A stretch of 64,000 nt of DNA from Leucoraja ocellata (Eukaryota): the NCBI GenBank assembly GCA_036785375.1, contig JAWMAR010000203.1, positions 3,410,001 through 3,474,000 of the forward strand, given 5' to 3'. The translations under genes were made by a program, and so were the position numbers. Shown in pieces: positions 24,603 through 37,494 of this stretch. How positions within the stretch are numbered: position 1 is the first letter of the stretch; the number at the start of each line of letters is the position of its first letter. The notes under the pieces are model-generated. The model had not been told where the DNA came from. It did not search any database and saw only the letters and a list, made by a program, of their open reading frames with translations.

Positions 24603-26719
24603 TGGCTAGTTTTCACGGGGCGACTTGACGCAAGATGTAGCCAGAGTGGAGTGGTCATGGTCTAGCACGATATCACACGATATAACGGGGGTAGAGTAAA
24701 GAGTTCCCACGGTACTCGGCAATTCTGTCATTTTTGCGAGTGACTTGTCCGCCTCCCGATCTTTCCCGTTAATCGTGAATGAACATCGTGGACTGTAGTG
24801 TAGTTAATCACGTGGCACAAATGATGTTACTTTGTTGTCACACACTATATTGGTTTTTTTCACCCGAGCTCTTTAATGAGCTGAAGAATAATCTGTGTTT
24901 TTTAGACAAATGTTGTTTGGTGTGATGCACCTTCTCTCAATATGTGCAAGAAGTCGTCTTTTTATTTTGTCAAATATGAATAAACACTGTATCTCACATT
25001 GACCGTGATGATTGTGTTATTTTATGATCTACTGAGAGGTGAAACTTTCAGTCTGAAGAAGGCTCTCGACCCGAAACGCCACCCGTTCCTTCTCTCCAGA
25101 GATGCTGCATGTCCCGCTGAGTTGCTCCAAGCAACTGGTGTCTATCTTCAAAGTACTGACCAGGACTGCCCTCTCTCTCTCTCTCCCTCCCTCTCTCTCA
25201 CACAGGCATGAATGGATGAACTCCGCGGGCCAGGCAGCATCTACGGAGGGAAATGGACAGGCGACCCATTCTTCAGGCTGCCTTATGTATCTCCCCCCAC
25301 CCCAACTCACACCCACACACGAATGCTTGAGAAACTCAGCGGGGCCGAAACGTTGTCTATTTCCTTCGTTCCGTAGATGCTGCTGCACCCGCGGAGTTTC
25401 TCCAGCATTCGCGTGTGTGGGTGGGGGGGGGGGGGGGGGGACATAAGGCAGCCTGAAGAATGGGTCGCCTGTCCATTTCCCTCCGTAAATGCTGCCTGGC
25501 CCGCGGAGTTCCTCCATTCATGCCCGTGTGAGAGGAGGGAGGGAGAGAGAGAGAGAGAGAGGCACACACAAGGTGGATGCGAAATCTCACCTGCCTGTTT
25601 CAGTGACAGACACCCACCGCCAGTAAATGAAGACACCCCCATCTGTCTCCCCCTCCTCTCCCTCGACTCCCGCACCTTTCCCTCCCAACTCCAGTCCCGT
25701 CCCGACCCCCTGGGAAACTGAAGGTTTCCCGCTGTAATTAAAGTGTTCCCACGGTAGACTGTAAAACTGGGACCCTGGTTCTGGACTCCCCCAACATCGG
25801 GAACATTCTTCCTCCATCTAGCCTGTTCAATCCCGTAGATATGATTAGACAGGTATCTAGTTATTTAATTCAATTAATGATTTCTATTGCCCAGCCTCTC
25901 ATCTTTCAATCGGGTTCGGCCAGGAAGGAACTGCAGATGCTGGATTAAAACGAAGATCGACACAACATGTAGCTCAGCGGGACAAGCAGTATATCAGAAG
26001 GGTCTCGACCCGAAATGTCACCCATTCCTTCTCCCCAAAGATGCTGCCGGCCATCAAACTCATTCTCTTTAAACCGGCATCTGCTGTTCCTTCCGACACA
26101 TACGCAAGAAATAAGCAACTTTTCGGGCCGAAACGTTGCCTATTTCCTTCGTTCCATAGATGCTGCTGCACCCGCTGAGTTTCTCCAGCATTTGTGTGTG
26201 TGGGTGGGAGTTGGGGGGGGTTAGAGGGGGGGGGGTAGAGAGATAAGGCAGCCTGAGGAAAGGCTCGCCTGTCAATTTCCCTCCGTAGATGCTGCCTGGC
26301 CCGCGGAGTTCCTCCAGTTAGAAACTGCTTTCAGACAAAAAGAGACACACTGACATTAATGAAATGCTTGTTAGCTAGTTTTATTAGATTTGTATGTAAA
26401 TAGCAAACCGGCTGGATTCACTCTATCCAACTTACGGGTTCACCGTTCGCAGGAGTTCCCACGGTGACCGCAAGAATTACTACGGATATTGCACTGGCCA
26501 CTACGTTCATAAAATGTTGCAATGCTCAACCACAAGTGTACAAGTCACTCTTGGACAAATTCAAACATGTTTGAATTTTCTCCCGAGTACCCAAGTTACA
26601 CGATTACCTGCCGTTAGCGCCATGATGGTCCACGAATGCCATACTGTTATCGCACGAGGTTCCCACGATGTTAAACTCTGGTTACCTCTTGCGTCAAGTC
26701 GCCCCGTGAAAAGGGGGTT
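24603..26719. mobile_element. PIF/Harbinger-like non-autonomous element containing rearranged Penelope repeats
   Basis: ~40-bp TIR with core TTTTCACGGGGCGACTTGACGCAAGA; TAA on both sides (24600-02, 26720-22). Confidence 0.7.
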
Positions 26720-27212
26720 TAAACCTTACACGTAATGCACACTTGATCAAGGACAGGACAGATCCAGCAGTTGAGTGTTGGTTGGTGAAGATGGTGCAGT
26801 CAACATAAGGATGTTAATTTGTTGGAGCCTGGAAAAGCTGGATCATGGCTGAGATGAAGATGAAGGGAGAGGGAGGTAAATCACCAGATTTGTGCAAGGT
26901 GAAGACTAGATTGCAATGAGGTATCTGGGGCTTTCAACCTTGACCTTGTGGGAACTGCAGTATGACAAAGGGTAAGGTAACGTGCATCCAGGTACAGTTT
27001 TGAAATTTGAATATGTTTTTGTTCTTAGTTAAATAGTTGTTTTAGAAACATTAATCATTAGTGCTGGATTTTAATGTTTTGTTAATTGCAATGTCATAAG
27101 TTTTAATGGAAAACTAGAAATCCTACTGGTTTTGATGCATGTTGTGTGCTGTTGATTTTTTTCAATATTCTGATATTTCATGAATGTTTTAGGAATATTT
27201 CAATCTTGACCT

Positions 27213-27671
27213 TGTGGAAACTGCCGTATGAGAAAGATTAAGGTAGCATGCAACCAGCTACAGGTGTACAGCTAAAGATCCTTGAGCATTAGCCTGTGAT
27301 GCACAGGCTGTGATAGCTGTACAGCACAAGGTCCTGGAGAGTTGTTCTTTGGACATGCAACTGACTCTAACCATACAGTGCAAGGTCCAAGAGAGTTATT
27401 GTACTGATTAAATGCAAATAGAGGATTGAAATGCATGCAGTTTTTAATTTGATATTAGTGCTTTTATGAACGTATTGTGATTGGTGATAAGAACTTGGAG
27501 AGTGCGCAAGATTTCAATTGGTCAGAATGTGTATAAAAGTTGACACTTCCAAACAGAATTTCAGAGTAGTGCGGTAACTGGGACTGTATTACTCTTCTCT
27601 TGCACACGTAAATAAAGAGGTGTTTGGGAAACAAATGCAAGTTGTCTGAGTCCAGTTGATCAGGGATGACA
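27213..27671 (+). mobile_element. Probable solo LTR
   Basis: TG...CA ends with ACCT on both sides (27209-12, 27672-75). Internal ATTGG boxes, TATAAAA at ~27532 and AATAAA at ~27611. The 5' boundary is ambiguous because ~65 bp is duplicated at ~26932-26997. Confidence 0.55.
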
Positions 27672-28632
27672 ACCTGTGTGGAATTAGGTGGTCACATCAC
27701 TTTCTGCCAGCTATTAATGGGATACAGTATCAATGAATCTTTATACTGTCCAAGAATGCAGTGGAAAGGTGTGAAGACACCCTAGATGGAATGATGATAG
27801 GTGCACTCTAATATTCAGAGACACCTGTCCCCTGCTTGCTTCCGTTGGATTGTATAATGATTCATTTACAACAATACATTTGGGCCTCCATTGGGTGTTG
27901 GAGTCACAGCCAATAGTTCTACATTACATTAAAACCACATTAATAATTTTATTGAGCTTTTAAGTTTGTGATTAAGTTTAAGTTTGGACATTATAAAAAT
28001 AATGTATATAGTTAACATACATTATTTTAACTATATGTTCATTCTGAAGTGATTTAAGACGTGAATATTGCATGTTTTGCAAATTGGATGAAATTAGGCC
28101 GCCTTCATGTTACATGAGAGAGAGAGTTTGTATGCAATAAGTGGGAATGACAATGTTACTGGATGTTCGTTAAGTAGGAGACAATGTTTCTGCCAGAAAT
28201 GGTGTCAAAAAAAGAACTTTGTGAGGAAAAGTCGTATTGTGTATCATTTGGTATGGTTTATTTCATTCATTTTATTTTTTAAGTTATCAATTATTTTTAA
28301 TAATTAAGATTTCTGAAAAAAAATCTAAACGTTAATTATTTTTCTATTTTTAGTAATTAAATTCACACAAGTTAATTTCATTAAAAATATACTCTGAATT
28401 ATTTCCTGTGTTTGAGTTATATCTTTTGATTTGAATTAATATCGGTTGGATTTTGACTGAATTCCACAGGTGTCGGCACTATTCATTTTAATGTTATGAT
28501 TTATGTAAGAGTCTCCGATTCTGGATATAAGACTTACCTACCCTGTCTATTCAAAGATAATTTTTTGAAGTGGCAATTTGGCAAATACATTTGATTCATT
28601 TTTAAGAGTGAGCAAAGTGAAATTGCCAAGTC

Positions 28633-29845
28633 AGCAGTGGCACAGTGGCGTGGCAGCTACAAGCTTGGCACACCTGTATTTGAGTAATTTATCCCATTCT
28701 TCTCTGCAGATCCTCTCAAGCTCTGTCAGGTTGGACGGGGAGCGTCGATGCACAGCTATTTTCAGGTCTCTCCAGAGATGTTCGCTCAGGTTCAAGCCCG
28801 GGCTCTGGCTGGGCCACTCAAGGACATTCACAGACTTGTCACAAAGCCACTCCTGCGTTGTCTTGGCTGTGTGCTTATGGTTGTTGTCCTGTTGGAAGGT
28901 TAACCTCCGCTCCAGCCTGAGGTCCAGAATGCTCTGGAACAGGTTTTCATCAAGGATCTCTCTGTACTTTGCTCTGTTCATCTTTCCCTCGATCCTGACT
29001 GGTCTCCCAGTTCCTGCCGCTGAAAAACATCCCTACAAATGCAGCCACCACCATGCTTCACTGTAGGTATGGTATTGGTCTGATGATGAGCGGTGCCTGG
29101 TTTCCTCCAGACGTGACGCTTGGCATTCAGGCCAAAGAGTTCAATCTTGGTTTCATCAGATCAGAGAATCTTGGTTCTCATGCCTTTTGGCAAACTCCAA
29201 GTGGACTGTCATGTGCCTTTTACTGAGGAGTGGCATCCGTCTGGTCTGATTGGTTGAGTGCTGCAGATATAGTTGTCCTTCTGGAACGTTCTCCCATCTC
29301 CAGGAGGAACTCTGGAGCTCTGTCAGAGTGACTATTGGGTTCTTGGTCACCTCCTTGACCGAGACCCCTCTCCCCCGATTGCTCAGTTTGGCCGAGCGTC
29401 CAGCTCTATGAAGAATCTTGGTGGTTCCAATGTTCTTTTATTTAAGAATGATGGGGGCCACTGTGCTCTAAGGGACCTGCAAAGCTGCAGAAATTGTTTT
29501 ATACCCTTCCCCAGATCTGTGTCTCAGCACAATCCTGTCTCGGAGATCTACGGACAATTCCTGCGTCTTCATGGCTTGGTTTTTACTCTGACATGCACTG
29601 TCAACTGTGGGACCTTATATAGACAGGTGTGTGCCTTTCCAGATCATGTACAATCAATGTAATGATGGTGGAGTCCAATCAAGTTGTAGAAACATCTGAA
29701 GGATAATCAATGGAAACAGGATGAACCTAACCTGAATTTTGAGCATAAATTTCTAAACACCTGGTTTCGCTTCTTCATTCTGTAGTGTTGTGTGTAGATT
29801 GATGATAGAAAAATGAATTTAATCCATTTAAAAATAAGGCTGTAA
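28633..29845 (-). mobile_element. Tc1-like transposon remnant (degenerate transposase)
   Basis: FQQDNNHKHTAK and WPSQSPGLNLSEHLW motifs in ORF 28631-28981; N-terminal pieces in ORF 29156-29350. Confidence 0.9.
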
Positions 29846-32317
29846 TGTCAGTCACCGCCTCGCAGATTGGTTTCCTCTCCTGTCAGTTACGGCCGGGACG
29901 GCAAACCCCCTTCGTGCACGAGCGGTTTTATTCCCACGTCATCTACACTTCTTTAAAAAACTGTGAACTGGGCAAGAGTTGGATTATTGGACACGGTTCC
30001 ACAAATGTAAAAGTGCAGTTGCTGCGGTGCCTGGTGCTCAGCACGTCCTGGAACCATCCGTCCCTGCGCTTCACCCGGGGGAGGGTCAGGACTAGGGTCA
30101 CGGCTGCCCTCCTCAAAGATGGTGGTGCTGCTGGCCATTGGTTCGTGCGGACCCGGCGGACTGGACCTTGGAGAGAGGGGAGGAGGAAGAGGGAATGGAG
30201 GAGGGGGAAGAGAGGTGTAGAGAAAGGAGACGAGGGCCGTGGGGGAGGTCAGAGGGGATAGTTAGGGGCAGGGGCAGAAATCCCGGGGGGGGGGGGGGGT
30301 GGCAGGTGGGACACCTCTGTATTGAGTGATCCGGATTTTAAAATCTCCGCTTTCCGCGAAACAGTGGGGGTGGGACTGCTGATCGAGGGCGCCGATTGGA
30401 CGAGAGAGACGTCGGTCAGCAGGTAATGGCGGCGGGACATGATGATTCAGCGCGATGATTGGAGGAGGGAGGAGTGGGTGGGACTGAGGATAGAGTGTGA
30501 TGATTGGAGGAGGGAGGCGTGGCACAGACCTGCGCCTCATCCGCAGTTGGGATGATCCCGACCGGCTCTCCGGCGCTGTCCCGTCCCCACCCCCCCCCCC
30601 CCGAGTGCCGCCCCCCCCCCACGGGTGGCCAGAGACGTCGGAAGTCAGACGGAAGCTGTGCCCTCAGCCAGTGCAGAGAAGCAGCGCTAAACCCAGCTCA
30701 ATTTTGCCTGTCCTGCCAGGTTAACCTGCAGCCCTGCCTGGACTTGCGGGAAATATGGCGCAGGCTTACAGCCAGCGCGGAGAAGCAGCGCTGGTGTCCC
30801 GTCAGTCCAGGCAGGGCTGTAGGTTAACCCGGCGAGACAGGCAGAGTTGAGCTGCATTTAGCGCTGGATTGCGCCTCTGAAGCCTCGTGTGCGCGGTCCC
30901 CTCCATATTTTGATAACGATTTCCATGCCTGTAGGGGGGATTGGGGGATATGAGGGGTTAGGCGTTATGGAGGGCAGGAGGGAGTGGCAAAAGGTAGTGG
31001 AAATGAGAGGGTGGGATTGGGTAGGGGAGATTAGATTAGATTAGATTAGATTCGTTTATTGTCATTCAGACCTTTCGGTCTGAACGAAATTCTGTTTCCC
31101 TGCAGTCATACATATAATTAAAAAAATGACAAAAACACACAATCAACACAAATTTAACATCCACCACAGTGAGTTCACCAAACACCTCCTCACTGTGGTG
31201 GAAGGCAAAATCTTAAAGTCTCTGGCTCTTCCCTCTTTGTTCTCCCTCTGCGCCGAGGTGACGGTTCAAACTCCGCGGGTGGTCGCTGCCTCGCCACAGC
31301 TCAGAGGCCGAGTCAGGTCTCCGCCGCCGCCGCCCCCCGCCACAGCCTCGGGGCCGAGCCAGGTCTCGCCGCTGCCGCCGCCACCACAGCTCCGGTGCCG
31401 AGCTAGGTCGCCGCTGCTGCCGCCTCGGTGCCAAGCCAGGTCTCCGCCGCCACAGCTCCGGTGCCGAGCCAGGTCTCCGCTGCCGCCGCCGCCGCCGCCG
31501 CCACAGCCTCGGTGCCGAGCCAGGTCTCCGCCGCTGCTGCTGCTGCCGCCGCCGCCGCCACAGCCTCGGTGCCGGGTCAGGTCTCCGCCGCTGCCGCCGC
31601 CACAGCCTCGGTGCCGGGTCAGGTCTCTGCCGCTGCCGCCGCCGCCGCCGCCACAGCCTCGGTGCCGAGCCAGGTCTCCGCCGCTGCTGCTGCTGCCGCC
31701 GCCGCCGCCACAGCCTCGGTGCCGGGTCAGGTCTCCGCCGCTGCCGCCGCCACAGCCTCGGTGCCGGGTCAGGTCTCCGCCGCCGCCGCCACAGCCTCGG
31801 TGCCGGGCCAGGTCTCCGCGCTGTCGCTGCTGCCGCCGCCGCTGCAGCTTCGGTGCCGAGTCCGGTCTCCGCCGCCGCTGCCGCTGCTACAGCTCCATCG
31901 CTGCCAGCTCCGCCATTAGGCCTCGACGGAGACGGGGGATACGACCGAAGAAAAGTCGCATCCCCCGAAGGAAGAGGCCAAAGCATTGTTTCTCCCACCC
32001 CACCCACACACACACACACAACTTAATAAAACAAAATTAACTAAAACATGACAAAGAACAAAACGAAAGAAAAAAAACCAGACAGACTGCAGGTGGGCCG
32101 CAGCTGTTAAGCCAGCGCCACCATCTTGGAATTGGGAGGAGGAGAGGGGAAAGATGAGGGAGGGTGAAGAGGAGTGCTGGGGGATAAGGGGAAATGAGCC
32201 GTGCCTGCGAAGTTGGGGGCTATGGGTGAGTGGTGGAATGTTGCGTTGGGGAATAGGTTGCGTTGGCAGATCAGGCCTCCCATGTGACAGGGACCCAATG
32301 GGTTTCACTTGGTCTAG
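29846..32317 (+). mobile_element. GC-rich non-autonomous element with Helitron-like 3' end
   Basis: Ends GACCCAATGGGTTTCACTTGGT-CTAG|T (short hairpin then CTAG). Internal 63-bp inverted repeat 30682-30866. The 5' end is not resolved. Confidence 0.45.
31030..32127 (-). mobile_element. Non-autonomous retroelement with (TCTAA)n tail and internal GCC-rich minisatellite
   Basis: (TTAGA)n then TTTATTGTCATTCAGACCTTTCGGTCTGAA, shared with 51025-51780. Tandem GCC-rich units ~31300-31900. Confidence 0.6.
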
Positions 32318-34137
32318 TCTCTCTAAAGTTCAGGCCCACGAGTCCTGGTAACATCCTCCTAAATATTTGCATTCTTTCCAGCTTAATGGTATCCCTTCTG
32401 CAAGATGATCAAAACTGAGTAGACAGTAGTAGTCTTACATAACTGAGTAGATTCATGTAGTGGAGTTTTGAGATACAGCGTGGAAACTAAGCCCCTATCC
32501 CACTTAGGAGACCTAAGCAGCAACCTCTGGTGACCTTGCCCGCCACCCAAAAAAAATCTAGGTCGAGGTGACCTGCAACCTCCTACCACCTTCCACGCAT
32601 ATGTTGAAAAACTTCCTAGACTATGAAGAAAACCGGCTTCGACTAGACCTGCGAAAAAAATTTTTTATAACGGCAACCTATTTTTAGTCGAGGCCGGTTT
32701 TAAACATGATGTAAACATAGCAGCAACCTAGATGAAGCCTCAACCACTTAAGAAACACTTTTTCTCACAGAGAGTGTTGTGTCTGTGGAATTATCTGCCT
32801 CGGAGGGCGGTGGAGGCAGGGTGTCTGGATGCTTTCAAGAGAGAGCTAGATAGGGCTCTTAAAAATAGTGGAGTCAGGGGATATGGGGAGAAGGCAGAAA
32901 CGGGATACTGATTGGGGACGATCAGCCATGATCACATTGAATGGCGGTGCTGGCTCGAAGGGCCAAATAGCCTACTCCTGCACCTATTTGTCTATTGACC
33001 ATTAGGGAGAGTGACCAAAACGTCCGGTGACCTCATGGAAACCTTGGGTGGCAGGCAAGGTCACCAGAGGTTGCTGTTTAGGTCTCCTAAGTGGGACAGG
33101 AGCTTGGTGCTTCTGCCTCATCGACTCGCTACACACTACGGATAATTTAGCTTATTGTCACATGTCCCGAGTTATAGTGAAAAGCTTTTGTTGTGTGCTA
33201 ACCAGTCAGTGGAAAGACTACACATGATTACAATCGAGATATTCACATTGTATAGTTACATGATGAAGGGAATAACGTTTAGTACAAGATAAAGCCAGTA
33301 AAGTTCGATCAAACATAGGCTGAGGGCCAGTAAAGTCCAATCAAACCCACATGTCATTGGGATGTGGAAGGAAACAGGAGCACACGTGAGAAAACCCATG
33401 TGGTCACAGGGAGAACGCACCAACTCCACACCGTCAGCTCCCGAAGTCAGGATCAAACTCGAGTCTCTGTCGCTGTGAGGGAGCAGCTATACCAGCTGAG
33501 CCATTGTGCTGAACTCGATGGGCCGAATGGCCTGTTTGCATGCTGTATTTCCAAACTAAGCTCATGTTCTAAGTGAATTCCACGGGTTGCAGCCTGCAGG
33601 ACCCGGTCGCAGTGTAGATTGAACAGTAAAGGGCATGTCCCACTTGGCCGGTCATTTGCGCCTCATTTACACATCATAAGTAAAATAGGGTGACGCGTTG
33701 TGACGCACGGGTAGCGTGTGGGTAGCAGGGGATGGGCACATGGAGGAATGTGGAGTTGTGCGCAGTATCGTGCGGCCCTCCAGGATTTCGTGCTGCACAA
33801 AACGCTGACACATTTGGTACGCACACTGACGCATTGGCGTCGCACACTCCTTCCCGACGTCTCACGTGTATTGCGTGGTGACGCATGGCTATGTCAGTCG
33901 GCCACAATGAGAAAATAATTATGCCATAAGCATCAATGCTTTCAGAGTAACACCTTAATAAGTATTTTTGAAACATCCTTAGTTCAGGATGTGTCAAAAG
34001 TTAACATCCAGGTAAGGATTGCAGATTTTATATCCTAAAAGAACACTAGTAACTAAATACCACCAACAATTTTACTAACACCATTTTAAAGAAAAATTGC
34101 AAACTAATTCTGAAGCTGAGTTCAAACCCTCAAACTG

Positions 34138-34140
<3 letters not shown>
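32282..34140 (+). repeat. Copy 1 of a ~1.9-kb duplication (copy 2 at 35038-36904)
   Basis: Same order of MITE, CR1, SINE and unique pieces on both sides of the gap, with scattered substitutions and indels. Confidence 0.9.
32490..33105. mobile_element. Harbinger-like MITE with ~60-bp TIR and nested CR1 fragment
   Basis: CCCACTTAGGAGACCTAAGCAGCAACCTCTGGTGACCTTGCC at the left end, inverted copy ending ~33105. Duplicate at ~35245-35869. Confidence 0.65.
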
Positions 34141-34142
<2 letters not shown>

Positions 34143-34215
<73 letters not shown>

Positions 34216-34804
34216 GCCATCCGACCGACTGCCGTCCGGAGCCCTTCCTGCCTTTCAATTCGTGCCCGATACTCGCAGATGTCCAATCGGAATGGCCGAT
34301 GCTCGCAGATGTCCAATCGGAATGGATTCATTTGCATGTACAGCTGCCGGCTGCATTTCTTCCTTTGATTCATTGCCACGCCCAATCCAGACGCTCAATC
34401 TCCGAGATCTTTTCCATTTCGGTAGAGATTTCGCTTTTCTTTCTAAGCATCTGCTCCTCATTACATTTCGTCGTGTTGAAGTGCACGTTTTTAATCAAAT
34501 CCTTCTCCCCACCCCCAAGTATTTCAAAAGAAACTGGCTTCTCCATTTACATGCCAGCTTCCAACACACTTCGAAACAAAGTTGCAAGACAGGAACACTG
34601 AACTTTTCACTGCTGCAGCAGGCAGGGTAGGTGCCATTGGATTTTTTTTTTTTAATCCACTGCTGAGGGAGGCAGGGCAGTGCTGGAATCTTACTTTTGG
34701 GAACGGCTTCAGTTCCATTGGAGGAGACGGGTGCATGGTGGAATATTGGATTGGGGGATCACACCATTGGGGGAGCAGACCCAACGGGTCTGCACTTGGT
34801 CTAG
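34143..34804 (+). mobile_element. Non-autonomous Helitron-like element with 5' (TCTA)n
   Basis: Starts A|TCTATCTAT; hairpin GCAGACCC-AAC-GGGTCTGC at 34775-34793, then CTAG|T. Absent at the equivalent site of duplicate copy 2 (~36904). Confidence 0.7.
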
Positions 34805-34837
34805 TATATTACTAAAAGTCTGTTCTTGACCGGTTTT

Positions 34838-35037
34838 NNNNNNNNNNNNNNNNNNNNNNNNNNNNNNNNNNNNNNNNNNNNNNNNNNNNNNNNNNNNNNN
34901 NNNNNNNNNNNNNNNNNNNNNNNNNNNNNNNNNNNNNNNNNNNNNNNNNNNNNNNNNNNNNNNNNNNNNNNNNNNNNNNNNNNNNNNNNNNNNNNNNNNN
35001 NNNNNNNNNNNNNNNNNNNNNNNNNNNNNNNNNNNNN
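34838..35037. other. Assembly gap (200 N)
   Basis: Run of N. Confidence 1.
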
Positions 35038-36370
35038 ATGTGATAGGGACCCAATGGGTTTCACTTGGTCTCGTCTCTAAAATTCAGGCCCACGAGTCCT
35101 GGCAACAGCCTCCTAAATATTTGCATTCTTTCCAGCTTAATGCTATCCCTTCTGCAAGATGATCAAAACTGAGTAGACAGTAGTAGTCTTTACATAACTG
35201 AGTAGATCCATAGTAGTGGAGTTTCGAGATACAGCGTGGAAACTAAGCCCCTGTCCCATTTAGGAGAACTAAGCAGCAACCTCTGGTGACCTTGCCCGCC
35301 ACCCAAAAAAAAATCTAGGTCGAGGTGAGCTGCAACCTCCTACCACCTCCCACGCATATGTTGAAAAACTTCCTCGACTATGAAGAAAACCGGCTTCGAC
35401 TAGACATGCGACAAAAAAATTATCGATTTTTATAACGGCAACCTATTTTTAGTCGAGGCCGGTTTTAAACATGATGTAAACATAGCAGCAACCTAGATGA
35501 AGCCTCGACCACTTAAGAAACACATTTTCTCACAGAGAGTGTTGTGTCTGTGGAATTCTCTGTCTCGGAGGGCGGTGGAGGCCGGTTCTCTGGATGCTTT
35601 CAAGAGCGAGCTAGATAGGGCTCTTAAAAATAGCGGTGTCAGGGGATATGGGGACAAGGCAGGAACGGGGTACTGATTGGGGACGATCAGCCATGATCAC
35701 ATTGAATGGCGGTGCTGGCTCGAAGGGCCAAATAGCCTACTCCTGCACCTATTGTCTATTGACCATTAGGGAGAGTGACCAAAACATCCGGTGACCTCAT
35801 GGAAACCTCTGGTGGCGGGCAAGGTCACTAGAGGTTGCTGTTTAGGTCTCCTAAGTGGGACAGGAGCTTGGTGCTTCGACTTGCTACACACTACGGATAA
35901 TTTAGTTTAGCTTATTGTCATATGTCCCGAGTTATAGTGAAAAGCTTTTGTTGTGTGCTAACCAGTCAGTGGAAAGACTACACATGATTACAATCGAGAT
36001 ATTTACATTGTACAGTTACATGATGAAGGGAATAACGTTTAGTACAAGATAAAGCCAGTAAAGTCCGATCAAAGATAGGCTGAGGGCCAGTAAAGTCCAA
36101 TCAAACCCACATGTCATTGGGATGTGGAAGGAAACAGGAACACACGTGAGAAAACCCATACTGTCACAGGGAGAACGTACCAACTCCACACAGTCAGCTC
36201 CCGAGGTCAGGATCAAACTCTAGTCTCTGTCGCTGTGAGGGAGCAGCTATACCAGCTGAGCCATTGTGCTGAACTCGATGGGCCGAATGGCCTGTTTGCA
36301 TGCTGATGTTCTAAGTGAATTCCATGGGTTGCAACCTGCAGGACCCGGTCGCAGTGTAGATTGAACAGTA

Positions 36371-37352
36371 AAGGGCATGTCCCACTTGGCCGTCATTTGC
36401 GCCTCATTTACACGTCATATGTAAAATAGGGTGACGCGTTGTGACGCATGGGTAGCGTGTGGGTAGCGGGGGATGGGCACATGGAGAGGCATGGAGGAAT
36501 GTGGAGTTGTGCGCGGTATCGTGCGGCCCTCCAGGATTTCGTGCTGCACAAAATGCTGACACGTTTGGTACGCACACTGACGCATTGGCGTCGCACACTC
36601 CTTCCTGACGATTCGCGTGTATTGCGTGGTGACGCATGGCTATGTCAGTCGGCCACAATGAGAAAATAATTATGCCATAAGCATCAATGCTTTCAGAGTA
36701 ACACCTTAATAAGTATTTTTGAAATATCCTTAGTTCAGGATGTTTCAAAAGTTAACATCCAGGTAAGGATTGCAGAGTTTATATCCTAAAAGAACACTAG
36801 TAACTAAATTAGTTTTTTTTTTTAAATAACCACCAACAATTTTACTAACACCATTTTAAAGAAAAAACTAATTCTGAAGCTGAGTTCAAACCCTCAAACT
36901 GCTATAATGGAATACAATTTTGTGTTTGTTGGGAGTATTTCAGAAAGTTTAAAAGTAAATTAATTTTTCCAGCAAACAATGATTTTATCAATGTTTAAGA
37001 AGGAACTGCAGATGCTGGAGAATCGAAGGTACACAAAAAAGCTGGAGAAACTCAGCGGGTGCAGCAGCATCTATGGAGCGAAGGAAATAGGCAACTTTTC
37101 GGGCCGAAACGTTGCCCATTTCCTTCGCTCCATAGATGCTGCTGCACCCGCTGAGTTTCTCCAGCTTTTTTGTGTACCTATGATTTTATCAATGTTTCAC
37201 TTAACAAATGATGTCAATACGATGACTAATTCTACTTGCAGAGCAGATAAAATATTTGAAGATGCATAATGACGGGTGATGACGCGCGCGACCGTCGCAC
37301 ATCAGTCACTACTGGCCTGTCGCATAAATGACGGCCAAGTGGGACAGGCCCT
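36371..37352. mobile_element. PIF/Harbinger-like MITE with nested Penelope hairpin insert
   Basis: AAGGGCATGTCCCACTTGGCCGTCATTT ... AAATGACGGCCAAGTGGGACAGGCCCTT, with TAA-like flanks. Confidence 0.75.
36997..37179. mobile_element. Penelope terminal repeat in inverted (hairpin) arrangement
   Basis: 18-bp TSD ATGATTTTATCAATGTTT (36979-36996, 37180-37197); near-perfect ~74-bp arms across 37027-37179. Confidence 0.8.
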
Positions 37353-37494
37353 TAAAGAAACGAGACGTACTGCATGTCCGTGTAAGTGCCGTAGAAGAGA
37401 TACGTGTTGGGCCGAATGAATGCAGACACAAAACTCTTTGTACATTTGTGGAAAGAGGAACTGAAGATGCTGGTTTACAAGAAAAGTGGAGAGG

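Noticed and set aside
31126-32040. Pro/Arg/Ala-rich ORFs of 160-304 aa
   Set aside because: Products of a GCC-rich minisatellite within a repeat; open in several frames.
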